IMG/VR virus record: IMGVR_UViG_3300042485_001041
Location: 1 to 64,000 of that record
Length of the DNA stretch: 64,000 nucleotides
Reading direction: 5' to 3' (one strand)
Source: a virus
Part shown: positions 29,940 to 38,677 of the stretch, in pieces
How positions within the stretch are numbered: the stretch's first letter is position 1
Layout: the number at the start of each line of letters is the position of its first letter
The notes under the pieces: generated by a model
Told to the model about the DNA's origin: nothing
What the model saw: the letters and a program-made list of their open reading frames with translations, nothing else
Databases searched by the model: none
Translations under genes and position numbers: made by a program

Positions 29940-31444
29940 TGAATATCATCTTTTCTGGCGCTGAGGTAGGTTCTAATCGAACTCTCCTGGAGGGCCAAAA
30001 AGTTACTTACATGGGCATCAACTACTTTAACTTGCGTAAGCGGGGATTGCCCAAAACTAAGTTGTGGCTTATAAGCGAACACTTTACTCCAGAAACTCAG
30101 GTCTATATCGAGTCTGGGGCTAAGCAAGCCGAGAAGAATAACCTATCCCGCCAAGAGTTAGTTGACTTGGCCGCTGACTATCAAGAGTTTCTTGTCAACA
30201 ATGCCGACCGAGCATTTGCCTTTACTGAGTTCGATTCAACAGTATTGGGTTTGGAATGGGTGAAAGAACAGCGCCCCTTTTTCAGTAACGATCCAAAACT
30301 ATGGGTAGTATGGCATCAAGAGTACGGGATGCAGGAGTTAGCATCTATGTCCGAATTATACCGAAATGTCGTTATACCTAATGAAGCAATAGAAGCCCTA
30401 ACTAACTTGGCGGCCCTAACAAGGAGTTACTCCAGACAGTTTGGAACTAACTTTCATGCCCTGGCTTGTGCTAAACCCGACAACCTAAGACAGATACCAT
30501 TTGCCACAGCAAGCACAATGTCATGGCTTTCACCCATGCGTAGAGGTGAGACGATCGTCTGGGATGGAAGCAAGTTAGTCCGTTATCCAAAACGAATGAA
30601 GGATCAAGCACGACCTCGCTACAAGGCAATACTACAGAGCGCAGGACTAGACTATTCAGCGTTTACCGCAGATACTAACCAAGAAGGCACTAAGGTAGCC
30701 GTCTGGTCATACAAGAAACTAGAGGAATCAATGGACAAGAAATCACCTAACTTCCACATCATCGAGGGTGGTAAAGAGCCCCTAGTATCTGATAACAGCG
30801 ATGACACCTTATACAGTGGTTTGATGGAATTAGGGGGTATACCTTCTGATAACAGTGGTGTTGAGATGCGGAAAAAAGAACCAACAGAAGTGATTCAACG
30901 CTCCCCAGAAGAGATGCAGAATCTCCCTGTTTTTGGTTTTAAGATGAAAACAATTGTCGATACCGATGATGAAGGTCGAGAGGTTTTAAAAGATGTTCCA
31001 GTTATTCAAACGCAAAATTCGTCGCTACGTCAATGTGACACTTGCTTTGTCGCCGCTAACTGTCCTGCTTTCAAGCCTAGTAATAATTGCGCTTTTAATC
31101 TCCCAGTAGAAGTAAAGACTAAAGATCAACTCAAAGCATTAATGACTGCAATGATTGAAATGCAGGGGCAAAGAGTTGCTTTTATGCGTTTTGCTGAAGA
31201 AATGAATGGTGGATACGCAGATCCCAATGTATCTCAAGAAATAGATCGCCTATTTAAATTGGTTGGCAATCTTAAAGATATGGAAACCAATAAAGAGTTT
31301 ATCCAGATCACAGCACAGCGCCAATCTTCTGGCGGAGTTCTCTCTGCGATCTTTGGAGATCGTGCTCAGGCACTCCGAGAGTTGCCAGAAACTCTAAAAG
31401 AAGAGAGTGTGACAAGGATCATCTCGGAATCTATCGAAGACTAA
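29939..31444 (+). CDS. TGT/DpdA-like barrel (degenerate) fused to a C-terminal Cys cluster
   Basis: IESGA, EFD, VVWH, FHALA, PFATASTMSW resemble DSG, D, PVWH, HGFG, DSTSW; CDTC.....CP.......C. Confidence 0.4.
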   Translation: MNIIFSGAEVGSNRTLLEGQKVTYMGINYFNLRKRGLPKTKLWLISEHFTPETQVYIESGAKQAEKNNLSRQELVDLAADYQEFLVNNADRAFAFTEFDSTVLGLEWVKEQRPFFSNDPKLWVVWHQEYGMQELASMSELYRNVVIPNEAIEALTNLAALTRSYSRQFGTNFHALACAKPDNLRQIPFATASTMSWLSPMRRGETIVWDGSKLVRYPKRMKDQARPRYKAILQSAGLDYSAFTADTNQEGTKVAVWSYKKLEESMDKKSPNFHIIEGGKEPLVSDNSDDTLYSGLMELGGIPSDNSGVEMRKKEPTEVIQRSPEEMQNLPVFGFKMKTIVDTDDEGREVLKDVPVIQTQNSSLRQCDTCFVAANCPAFKPSNNCAFNLPVEVKTKDQLKALMTAMIEMQGQRVAFMRFAEEMNGGYADPNVSQEIDRLFKLVGNLKDMETNKEFIQITAQRQSSGGVLSAIFGDRAQALRELPETLKEESVTRIISESIED

Positions 31445-31616
31445 CTTATCTGATAACAGTAAGTGGAGGATAGTGGATCAAGGTGGATAGGCTTTTACCC
31501 TTTTGTCCAACGCAAAAGTAGTAAAGCAAGTTAGCAAGTATGTGATAGGTTTCCAACCATCACAATGAACTCCCTTGTGAGGGGTATTTAATCATTTATA
31601 GAAATAGGGTAGGTGT

Positions 31617-33656
31617 ATGTCGTTATTTTCATTTAAGTTAGCCGAAGAGTTTGTGGCTCCGTATCGATCAAAGCAAGCGCCATTTGGATACCGAGATGCT
31701 GCTGGTAACTCCGTAGGTGAGATCACTTTCTTGCGTACCTATTCACGCCTTAAGGCAGATGGTACGAAAGAAACTTGGGTCGATGTCTGCGAACGAGTCA
31801 TCAACGGTATGTACTCGCTTCAAAAGGATCACGCCAAAGTAAGTCGCCTACCTTGGTCAGATGCCAAGGCAGCCTCATCTGCTAAAGAAGCCTTTGATCG
31901 ACTCTTCCAACTTAAGTGGACACCACCTGGCCGAGGACTATGGGTAATGGGAACTTCGCTTGTCAATGAACAGCGCAACTCCGCAGCCCTTCAAAACTGC
32001 GCCTTCGTATCTACGGGATCAATGACCAAGAACGATCCAGCAAAGCCATTCGCATTCCTAATGGAAGCATCAATGCTCGGAGTGGGCGTTGGCTTTGACG
32101 ATAAGGGTGCAGATAAAGAATTTAACATCTATGAACCACAAGGAGAATACACCTATGACATCCCAGACACCAGAGAAGGATGGGTCGAGTCAACCGCAGC
32201 CCTCATCAATTCCTTCCTACGACCAGATTCGAAAACTCCAGTATTTGGTTACGAAGCGATCCGCCCAGCAGGTGAACCGATCAAGACGTTCGGTGGAACC
32301 GCAGCGGGAGCAGACCCCTTAATTCGTTTACATAACTACATCACTAAGATGTTTACTGGTCGTGCTGGCCAGAAACTAACTCGTGTAGATATTGCTGACA
32401 TCGGAAACATGATTGGTGTTTGCGTTGTATCAGGCAACGTTCGTAGATCAGCAGAGTTACTTATTGGTCGTGTAGATGACCAAGACTTCCTTAACCTAAA
32501 GAACGCAGAGAAGTTCCCAGAGCGTAACTCTTACGATCCTGCTAACCCAGGTTGGGCTTGGATGTCTAACAATTCTGTGGCTGTTAATGTCGGAGATAAC
32601 CTAGATAACATCATCGATGGCATCGCTCGTAATGGTGAGCCAGGAGTTATCTGGATGGACATCTCTAAGCAATATGGTCGCCTTGCTGACCCAATCAACA
32701 ACAAGGACTGGCGCATTGCTGGTTACAACCCCTGTGCTGAACAATCACTTGAATCTTACGAGTGTTGTACTTTGGTTGAAACTTACTTAAACCGTCACGA
32801 GAACCTTGAAGACTTCAAGCGCACTTTAAAGTTTGCTTATCTTTACGCTAAGACTGTTACTTTACTTCCAACTCACTGGGAAGAAACTAACGCCATCATG
32901 CAGCGTAACCGCCGTATTGGTACATCTGTATCTGGTGTTGCTAACTTCGCAGATAACAAAGGACTTCCAATTCTGCGTCAATGGATGGATGAAGGTTACA
33001 AAGTTATCCAAGGCTACGATAAGACTTACTCCGAATGGCTTGGTGTTCGTGAGTCAATCAAGATGACTACTGTTAAGCCATCAGGCACAGTAAGTATCTT
33101 GGCTGGTGAAAGTCCAGGAGTTCACTGGACTGTTGGTGGTAAGTATTTCTATCGCGCTATTCGTTTTGCTAATAGCGATCCGATGCTTCCGCTATTCCAG
33201 ATGGCTAACTACCGAGTAGAACCCGCATCGGAATCGCCCGAAACAACTTCTGTTGTATTTTTCCCAGTAAAGTCTGAGGCTAAAAGAAGTGAGAAGGATG
33301 TAAGTATCTACGAGAAGATGGCACTCGCTGCTACTGCTCAACGATACTGGTCTGACAACTCTGTATCTGTAACTATCTCTTTTGATCCAGAGACAGAAGC
33401 CTCGGCTATTGGTACGGCTTTACATATGTACGATGGTCAACTAAAGACTGTTTCGTTCTTGCCTTCTGGTAATGCTATCTACCCACAGATGCCTTACACA
33501 CAGATTACTGAAGAAGAGTATGAAGCAGAGGGAGTAATGAAACTATTCCCTATCGATCTTGCTGGTGTCTATGCTGGTATGGCTTCTGATGCTATTGGTG
33601 AGGCTTACTGTACGACTGATGCTTGCGAAGTGAAGTTAATTAAAGATAACCAGTAA
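31617..33656 (+). CDS. nrdJ: Class II (B12-dependent) ribonucleotide reductase
   Basis: RTYSR, PPGRGLW, NCAF, GNVRRSA, NPCAEQ, TTVKPSGTVS, C-terminal CTTDAC. Confidence 0.92.
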   Translation: MSLFSFKLAEEFVAPYRSKQAPFGYRDAAGNSVGEITFLRTYSRLKADGTKETWVDVCERVINGMYSLQKDHAKVSRLPWSDAKAASSAKEAFDRLFQLKWTPPGRGLWVMGTSLVNEQRNSAALQNCAFVSTGSMTKNDPAKPFAFLMEASMLGVGVGFDDKGADKEFNIYEPQGEYTYDIPDTREGWVESTAALINSFLRPDSKTPVFGYEAIRPAGEPIKTFGGTAAGADPLIRLHNYITKMFTGRAGQKLTRVDIADIGNMIGVCVVSGNVRRSAELLIGRVDDQDFLNLKNAEKFPERNSYDPANPGWAWMSNNSVAVNVGDNLDNIIDGIARNGEPGVIWMDISKQYGRLADPINNKDWRIAGYNPCAEQSLESYECCTLVETYLNRHENLEDFKRTLKFAYLYAKTVTLLPTHWEETNAIMQRNRRIGTSVSGVANFADNKGLPILRQWMDEGYKVIQGYDKTYSEWLGVRESIKMTTVKPSGTVSILAGESPGVHWTVGGKYFYRAIRFANSDPMLPLFQMANYRVEPASESPETTSVVFFPVKSEAKRSEKDVSIYEKMALAATAQRYWSDNSVSVTISFDPETEASAIGTALHMYDGQLKTVSFLPSGNAIYPQMPYTQITEEEYEAEGVMKLFPIDLAGVYAGMASDAIGEAYCTTDACEVKLIKDNQ

Positions 33657-33679
33657 CGCTTCTGGTATTGCTTTGGCTT

Positions 33680-33710
33680 AAGCCCTGCCTTCTGGTAGGG
33701 CTTTTGCTTT
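33680..33710 (+). terminator. Intrinsic terminator after nrdJ
   Basis: AAGCCCTGCC-TTCT-GGTAGGGCTT followed by T-rich tract, at convergence of the two strands. Confidence 0.6.
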
Positions 33711-33712
33711 TG

Positions 33713-33841
33713 CTATGGCTTTGGTTCTAACTTGTCTACATAACTACCGATTGGCTCTGCGTGTTCATCACAGCAGAGTGAGCCATCTACCCAGATGTAC
33801 CATTCAACTGGTTGTAAGCAATCCTCAACATAGCAATTCAT
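33713..33841 (-). CDS. 42 aa Cys-containing peptide (not in ORF track)
   Basis: MNCYVEDC...LCCDEH; ATGA overlap with upstream gene. Confidence 0.45.
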   Translation of the reverse strand: MNCYVEDCLQPVEWYIWVDGSLCCDEHAEPIGSYVDKLEPKP

Positions 33842-34230
33842 GCTTCTGGTATCGCTTCACAAACAAACCCACTATGAGAAGCAAGGATTCGCTCACATAA
33901 GACGCTATTTGCCATCATCTTGCCCTGCTTCTTGGTAAGTCCTTTGGCTGGGTGGGTATCTAAGATGTTGTTACAGGTAGGACAGACAAGCACAAAGTTA
34001 TTTTTTAGCGGGGGTCTGTCGCCGTAGGTCTGTATCTTCCAACCCAACTGAACTAACTTGCCCCAGAACAGTTCTTCTACCTCAATGTCGGCAAAGGGCT
34101 CACTCCAGTCAAGAGGTAACTCTTCCTGATGCCAACCCTCTTGGTAGGACTTACTTCGAGAGTGCTCTTGCTTTTCGTAGTGCTTCTGCTTCAACTCCTG
34201 CTGATGTTGCTTGTACGGATCTCTGATCAT
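33838..34230 (-). CDS. Hypothetical protein
   Basis: GGGGG RBS; CPTC. Confidence 0.55.
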   Translation of the reverse strand: MIRDPYKQHQQELKQKHYEKQEHSRSKSYQEGWHQEELPLDWSEPFADIEVEELFWGKLVQLGWKIQTYGDRPPLKNNFVLVCPTCNNILDTHPAKGLTKKQGKMMANSVLCERILASHSGFVCEAIPEA

Positions 34231-34285
34231 TTAATGCCCCCTAACTAACTAACTTCACCTGGCAGCCAGGTAGAGTTACTTTGGA

Positions 34286-34319
34286 GATAGCCCCCCGTCA
34301 TTTCTGACGAGGGGCTATC
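34286..34319 (-). terminator. Hairpin after the transglycosylase gene
   Basis: GATAGCCCC(CC)GTCA / TGACG(A)GGGGCTATC. Confidence 0.5.
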
Positions 34320-34324
34320 CCGAT

Positions 34325-34915
34325 CTACTGCGTTTTTGCTTCTGCTATGGCTTTTGCTTTTGCTTTCGCTATTGCTTTGGCTTTGACTTCAGGGAACTTT
34401 GCCAGCCATGCTTTCGTTCTGGCTGTCATACCTTTCCACGAAGCCCAGTTTTCGCCCCCGTTGCTCATGTGATAAGCAATTTGGGCGTTAATCACAGGGT
34501 TTAGCAATTCGGCATTAGATTCTAAGCCAAACTTTTCTCTGCGATCTGCGCCTAACCCACCGATCATATTGATCTGGAATACTCCGTATGAACTGTCACC
34601 AGTCTTACGATTTCCGTTATAGGCGAGTGGTCGACCATTTGATTCTTTCTTCGCTACTGCCCATGCTTCTCGTAGGTCTTTCCCTTCGAACCCAACCGCA
34701 TTTAGTAGTTCTACTAACTGGTGGTCAGTCAAAGAGTCCGAGTTATGATACTTGGACAGGATTACTTCTTCGTATTGCTTTACTGCTACTAACGCTTCGG
34801 CTCTGGTCGGAGTAAAGGCTGGCGGTAAACCGACAACCCCATTAAGTACCACGAACATCGCTGTAAACAGCGAACCGAATACGATCTTGCCTTTTCGAGT
34901 TAGTTTCATCATCAC
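34325..34915 (-). CDS. Membrane-anchored lysozyme-like lytic transglycosylase
   Basis: N-terminal TM; AVAKKES.G, GVFQIN, L.NP..NA, W..W. Confidence 0.8.
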   Translation of the reverse strand: MMMKLTRKGKIVFGSLFTAMFVVLNGVVGLPPAFTPTRAEALVAVKQYEEVILSKYHNSDSLTDHQLVELLNAVGFEGKDLREAWAVAKKESNGRPLAYNGNRKTGDSSYGVFQINMIGGLGADRREKFGLESNAELLNPVINAQIAYHMSNGGENWASWKGMTARTKAWLAKFPEVKAKAIAKAKAKAIAEAKTQ

Positions 34916-36189
34916 TCCAAATAGTCATTGACAGTTTCACCTGCTTTTGACTGGTTGTGACGAAGGCGATGTAAGTATCGCTCTGTCGTCTGTATTGATT
35001 GGTGACCTAGTCGCTCTTTGACCTCATGGACATCTACCCCGTTTTTTAATAACTGGGTAGCGTTTGCGTGCCTGAGATCGTGAGTTCTAGGCTTCCAATC
35101 TATGCCTGACTTGGCTATTGCTTTGTTCCAGATCGTTCTCCATACATCTCGTGGAAGGTGACTCGATTGATCGATAAACCCCTGTTGCTTCTGGTATGGC
35201 TTCTGGTATGGCTTTGCCTTTTGCCTATGCTTTCGCACCGACTCTCGGCAATCACCACACCTACAACCGCCATGCGTGTAGGCATACAGAGTTCCATGCT
35301 GGAACTGTTTTCCGTCTTTTGCGAATGGTCGCTCAGACATTTTATTCTCTCCACGAGAAGCCTCTATTTTACTTTCTATGGTCACTAGTGACTTAGGGAA
35401 GAGCAGATCATCTTTTGCTAGGGCTTTAGCCTTGACATGAGCCTTAATCTCATGTAACAGGGCTTGGCTTAACATAAGGCTTCGCTTATGACCTGACTTG
35501 GTCGCATCGACTACCAAGAATCGACTGCTATGGCTTTTGCCTAGATCGCTCACTCTTCGCTGTACGAACACCTCTCCCGAAGTGAAGTTGATGTCTTTGA
35601 CTCGCAACTCGGTGGCTTCACCGAATCGGCAACCCGAAGCGATCAAGAATTGCGCGAATAATTGGGCATTCTTATTCGGTAAATGCTTAATTATGGACTT
35701 GAACTGCTCTGGCTCTAATACCTGCTGTAAGTCGGCATGGCGTTGCTTAATCCTTATCCCATGAGTCGGGTTACTGGCTAACTCACCCGTCTGGACTAGT
35801 CGCTTAAAGGCAGACCCCAGAGAGGCTTTGACTTGCCTCAGCGTTGCTGGTTGAACCCCACTTAACTTCAACTCTTCCAGCAGGTGAACTAACTTTCGGC
35901 GGTCAATGGAAGTTACTTTGAGATGCCCGATCTTTGGCAGGGCATACTGCCTAAGCACCGACTCGTAACCCTTACGGGTGATAGGCATGAGATCAGCAAC
36001 GGGCAACCACTCTTCGATATAGGTGGATAGGGTCATAGAAGCCCTAGAAGCCCCCTCTGAATCCGATCGCTCGGCTTGTAAGGCGTGGTATTCGGCTTCG
36101 GTTTTCGTATCCCAAGTGCCAGCAGAGAGCCGTTTACCGCCCTTGCGATAATAGCCAGTCCAACGATCTTTACGCTTTACGGCATACAT
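34912..36189 (-). CDS. int: Tyrosine recombinase/integrase with inserted HGT-CRCxxC module
   Basis: SGCRFGE (R), TKS (K), HDLRH, LGH......T..Y catalytic residues. Confidence 0.9.
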   Translation of the reverse strand: MYAVKRKDRWTGYYRKGGKRLSAGTWDTKTEAEYHALQAERSDSEGASRASMTLSTYIEEWLPVADLMPITRKGYESVLRQYALPKIGHLKVTSIDRRKLVHLLEELKLSGVQPATLRQVKASLGSAFKRLVQTGELASNPTHGIRIKQRHADLQQVLEPEQFKSIIKHLPNKNAQLFAQFLIASGCRFGEATELRVKDINFTSGEVFVQRRVSDLGKSHSSRFLVVDATKSGHKRSLMLSQALLHEIKAHVKAKALAKDDLLFPKSLVTIESKIEASRGENKMSERPFAKDGKQFQHGTLYAYTHGGCRCGDCRESVRKHRQKAKPYQKPYQKQQGFIDQSSHLPRDVWRTIWNKAIAKSGIDWKPRTHDLRHANATQLLKNGVDVHEVKERLGHQSIQTTERYLHRLRHNQSKAGETVNDYLE

Positions 36190-36214
36190 AACTAACTTCC
36201 CCCTTCCGCTGCGT

Positions 36215-36272
36215 GTTACTCGTGAGTAACCTACTGCTGAGTAATGTTACTGGTCAGTAACTTAAAGGTCAA
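36215..36272 (-). promoter_or_regulatory. Sigma-70-type promoter of the recombinase overlapped by three palindromic operators
   Basis: Minus strand TTGACC-17 nt-TAACAT (36272-36244); GTTACT-N4-AGTAAC at 36215 and 36246, degenerate copy at 36230. Confidence 0.7.
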
Positions 36273-36306
36273 AAAATAGCCCCTAGACCAGAACCGATCT
36301 AGGGGC
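36271..36306 (-). terminator. Intrinsic terminator ending the early operon
   Basis: GCCCCTAGA / TCTAGGGGC stem followed by TATTTTTT on the minus strand. Confidence 0.75.
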
Positions 36307-36361
36307 GTAAAGGCTAAGGCTTAGGGAATCTGCTCTGAAGTAACTTGCGGTCGGTCGCGGG

Positions 36362-36389
36362 AAAGTTACTTCACGCTCGAAGTAACTTT
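36362..36389. other. dif/loxP-like recombination core site (11-6-11)
   Basis: AAAGTTACTTC-ACGCTC-GAAGTAACTTT, about 170 bp from the recombinase start. Confidence 0.6.
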
Positions 36390-36416
36390 GGGCGGATACC
36401 TTCAGCAGAGTTAGAG

Positions 36417-36614
36417 TTACTTATCCAGTTCAATCTCGATCTGGTTTGCTCTCTTACTCTGCCATTCGGTGATCGTTTCTTGCTTCCAGATAGGCGTTCG
36501 CCCCATGTAGCGATCTGGCTCTGGAAGGGTGCTTCGCTTTCGATAGGTGTAAATCGTTTCCACCTTTAGACCCGTTAAGGTAGCGATGTCGGTACTTGTT
36601 AGCCATTCGCTCAC
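36417..36614 (-). CDS. AlpA/excisionase-like HTH protein
   Basis: WLTSTDIATLTGLKVETIYTY....LPEPD..GRTPIW....I.EW. Confidence 0.75.
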   Translation of the reverse strand: MSEWLTSTDIATLTGLKVETIYTYRKRSTLPEPDRYMGRTPIWKQETITEWQSKRANQIEIELDK

Positions 36615-37087
36615 TTAGTTTCACCATTCTTTGATTTAGTTTCATCTGGATTTTTTCCCCACTTCAATTCTCTAGTTTGGGCATCTGCCCATAGATAGGG
36701 CGATGAAATACCTACTTTGAAATCGTAATACTCTGGTGCTTTACGCTTTAAGTTGCTCTGGTGCGATAGGTGTAACACTTCATCACCAACCCAGAATGGA
36801 AGTCCTGTATCTGGAAGTAACGCATGAACTGCCACGAATCTAGCGAGCATCGTGTCCTGATAGCCCCTAGCACGCCACTCCATACAGATAGCCATTCCGT
36901 ATTCGCATAGAGCGCGTTCATAACCGCGCCACATTTTAACAGCAGGGTGATTAACCCAACCTTCGCTATTACCGAGAAGAGTATTAAGAATCTGCCACGC
37001 TTCAACGCGCTGTTTACCTAATCGCCTGTAATCAAGTGCCATAGCAGTTTTACCGAACTCGGCATAAGGCATGAATGTATTAACCAT
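36611..37087 (-). CDS. Pyrimidine-dimer glycosylase-like protein (MSMEG_6728/DenV family)
   Basis: TFMPY......LD.RRLGKQRVEA.QI, GW.NHPAV.MWRGYE, SHQSNL.RK.PEYY. Confidence 0.8.
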   Translation of the reverse strand: MVNTFMPYAEFGKTAMALDYRRLGKQRVEAWQILNTLLGNSEGWVNHPAVKMWRGYERALCEYGMAICMEWRARGYQDTMLARFVAVHALLPDTGLPFWVGDEVLHLSHQSNLKRKAPEYYDFKVGISSPYLWADAQTRELKWGKNPDETKSKNGETK

Positions 37088-37249
37088 TTATTTTCTCCAT
37101 GTAATTTCGCCATGAGTATCGCATTCGAACTCGATAATAGTTTCTTCTCCGCGTAAGTAAGTACCGCAATTTTCGCAATAACCTTCATCTACAAGATGTG
37201 GCATAGTCCAACCGCATACATCTGAGCAATCGCATTCTTCGGTTTCCAT
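37088..37249 (-). CDS. Small Cys-rich protein (not in ORF track)
   Basis: CDC...C, CENC, C..H. Confidence 0.5.
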   Translation of the reverse strand: METEECDCSDVCGWTMPHLVDEGYCENCGTYLRGEETIIEFECDTHGEITWRK

Positions 37250-37251
37250 AA

Positions 37252-37521
37252 TTAAAACTCCTTCGCTACTGATTGATACTTGTGGCGTTGCTCTCTGCGC
37301 TTTAAGTTCTGGCGTTCACCTTCGGTAAGTCCACCGAAGATCCCGTAAGCGACATTATTAGTTAGCGCGAAAGTAAGGCACGCATTCTTATCTGCTGGCT
37401 TACAACTGGCGCATAGTGACTTTGCTTCGTGAATCTTTAAGTGTTCAGTCGGGTCTGGAAAGAATATATCTGGGTCATTAGCCGACTGACAGGGCGCATC
37501 TATGATCTCGTATCTAGCCAT
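37252..37521 (-). CDS. whiB: Second WhiB-family protein
   Basis: C....DPDIFFP, AKSLCASC......CL, GIFGGLTEGER. Confidence 0.8.
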   Translation of the reverse strand: MARYEIIDAPCQSANDPDIFFPDPTEHLKIHEAKSLCASCKPADKNACLTFALTNNVAYGIFGGLTEGERQNLKRREQRHKYQSVAKEF

Positions 37522-37819
37522 TATCTTTGCCCTTCTTATAGTCGATGAATGTATCTAGCATCTCGCTTAACTCTTCTGGCGTTACTTCTGCTAGTCGAGT
37601 AAGAATCTCGATAACTGTAAGCATTCCCCAGATTAAGTATTCAGGGTCGAGTTCATGCTTTGCCATGATCTCGTTTAAGTGTTCATTAGCGATGTGAGTC
37701 TGAATCTCTTCTGGAAGATGATCTTCTCGCTCTGACTCCAACTTAAATCCGCGACATAACTTCAAGAACTCGTTAGCAAGTTCGATTGAATTAACTCTTA
37801 ATTGCTCTTCACTACTCAT
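37514..37819 (-). CDS. Hypothetical protein
   Basis: Coupled ORF with RBS. Confidence 0.55.
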   Translation of the reverse strand: MSSEEQLRVNSIELANEFLKLCRGFKLESEREDHLPEEIQTHIANEHLNEIMAKHELDPEYLIWGMLTVIEILTRLAEVTPEELSEMLDTFIDYKKGKDNG

Positions 37820-37958
37820 TTATTTTCCCCTTCTGTAAGTAAGTGCTTTCAATCTGACGCACTTGTAACCGAGTTAGTTCGAATTGATCTGCGACTGTTG
37901 CTAGTGACTTACCAGCAAGTCGAAGATCGACTATCTGTTTTTTTATTTCATCGTTCAT
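37812..37958 (-). CDS. Small sigma region-4-like HTH protein (not in ORF track)
   Basis: IVDLRLAGKSLATVADQFELTRLQVRQIE. Confidence 0.55.
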   Translation of the reverse strand: MNDEIKKQIVDLRLAGKSLATVADQFELTRLQVRQIESTYLQKGKINE

Positions 37959-37991
37959 AATAGGTATTCCATTCTCTAGGTAAATAAATAG

Positions 37992-38134
37992 TTAGTAGAG
38001 ATCGCTCAGAAGTAGAACGGGTGCGTGTAATAGGCTCGGACTCGAAAGTCGGTACAGCCCATTAATCTGATCAGATTTTCGTACACTCTTTTCAGTCTTA
38101 TCGAAGTCTGCTAGGTGTGAACGATCTCTACTAA
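37992..38134 (-). ncRNA. Structured RNA element A
   Basis: 17-bp closing stem (G-U pair valid on minus strand only); internal AAUGGGCU/AGCCUAUU helix and GACU-UUCG-AGUC hairpin. Confidence 0.55.
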
Positions 38135-38141
38135 TAATGGA

Positions 38142-38270
38142 ATCGAGCAGGGGCAGGTATAACTCTTTTCAACAGCGCGGAAAGTACGCTGAGGACTGTC
38201 ATGGCTATCCTTCAAGGGTAAGGAGTGGGTCATAGAAGCCCAGTTAACCCCTTGTTTACCCCCACTCGAT
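38142..38270 (-). ncRNA. Structured RNA element B
   Basis: AUCGAGUGGGGGUA / UGCCCCUGCUCGAU closing stem with three G-U pairs; several internal hairpins. Confidence 0.5.
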
Positions 38271-38275
38271 AAGTT

Positions 38276-38524
38276 TTATTCTTCTTCTGGCTCGCAATCG
38301 CAATCTTCTTCTGCGTGTTCATCGCAATTCCATTGGCAGTTTTCACCGACCCAATCGTTGACATGACCAACGCATACATCTAACGCATCGTCTGCGATCT
38401 CGTGTCCGTCTGCCATACCTTTGAAGTCCGATGAATCCCACCATGTAATTACGATCTCTTCTTTGAGATCAGTTGCGTAAGTGCGATTAAGTATTTCGAT
38501 CGCTTCTTTAACTGTAACTATCAT
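38276..38524 (-). CDS. Acidic hypothetical protein
   Basis: Coupled ORF. Confidence 0.55.
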   Translation of the reverse strand: MIVTVKEAIEILNRTYATDLKEEIVITWWDSSDFKGMADGHEIADDALDVCVGHVNDWVGENCQWNCDEHAEEDCDCEPEEE

Positions 38525-38677
38525 TTATTTATCCAATCCGTAGCACTCGACCATTGATTTGAAGCAGTAATGATCGCCAACCCAGTTGATGTGGTTAACG
38601 ATCGCACCAATAATTAGTAGAACGATGATCGAACTGATGATCGCTACTACCCAACCTAACTTAGTTAAATTATTCAT
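38525..38677 (-). CDS. Small membrane protein
   Basis: MNNLTKLGWVVAII... single TM; TAATG coupling. Confidence 0.55.
   Translation of the reverse strand: MNNLTKLGWVVAIISSIIVLLIIGAIVNHINWVGDHYCFKSMVECYGLDK

Larger units (their letters stand above)
33663..35537. repeat. Ten dispersed direct copies of a 12-bp motif, consensus TG(G/C)TA(T/G)(G/T)GCTTT
   Basis: Copies at 33663, 33693, 33711, 34343, 34367, 35113, 35192, 35204, 35416, 35526. Confidence 0.7.

Noticed and set aside
31445-31616. Cobalamin riboswitch upstream of B12-dependent nrdJ
   Set aside because: No recognisable B12 box or conserved core; only a short hairpin near 31570.
13965-33656. Inteins or introns in polA, recA or nrdJ
   Set aside because: Lengths are normal and motifs contiguous; no intein junction signatures.
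37992-38270. Hammerhead ribozyme or tRNA identity for elements A and B
   Set aside because: CUGAAAAGAG..GAAA does not fit the CUGANGA core spacing; no T-loop or D-loop consensus or 7-bp acceptor stem.
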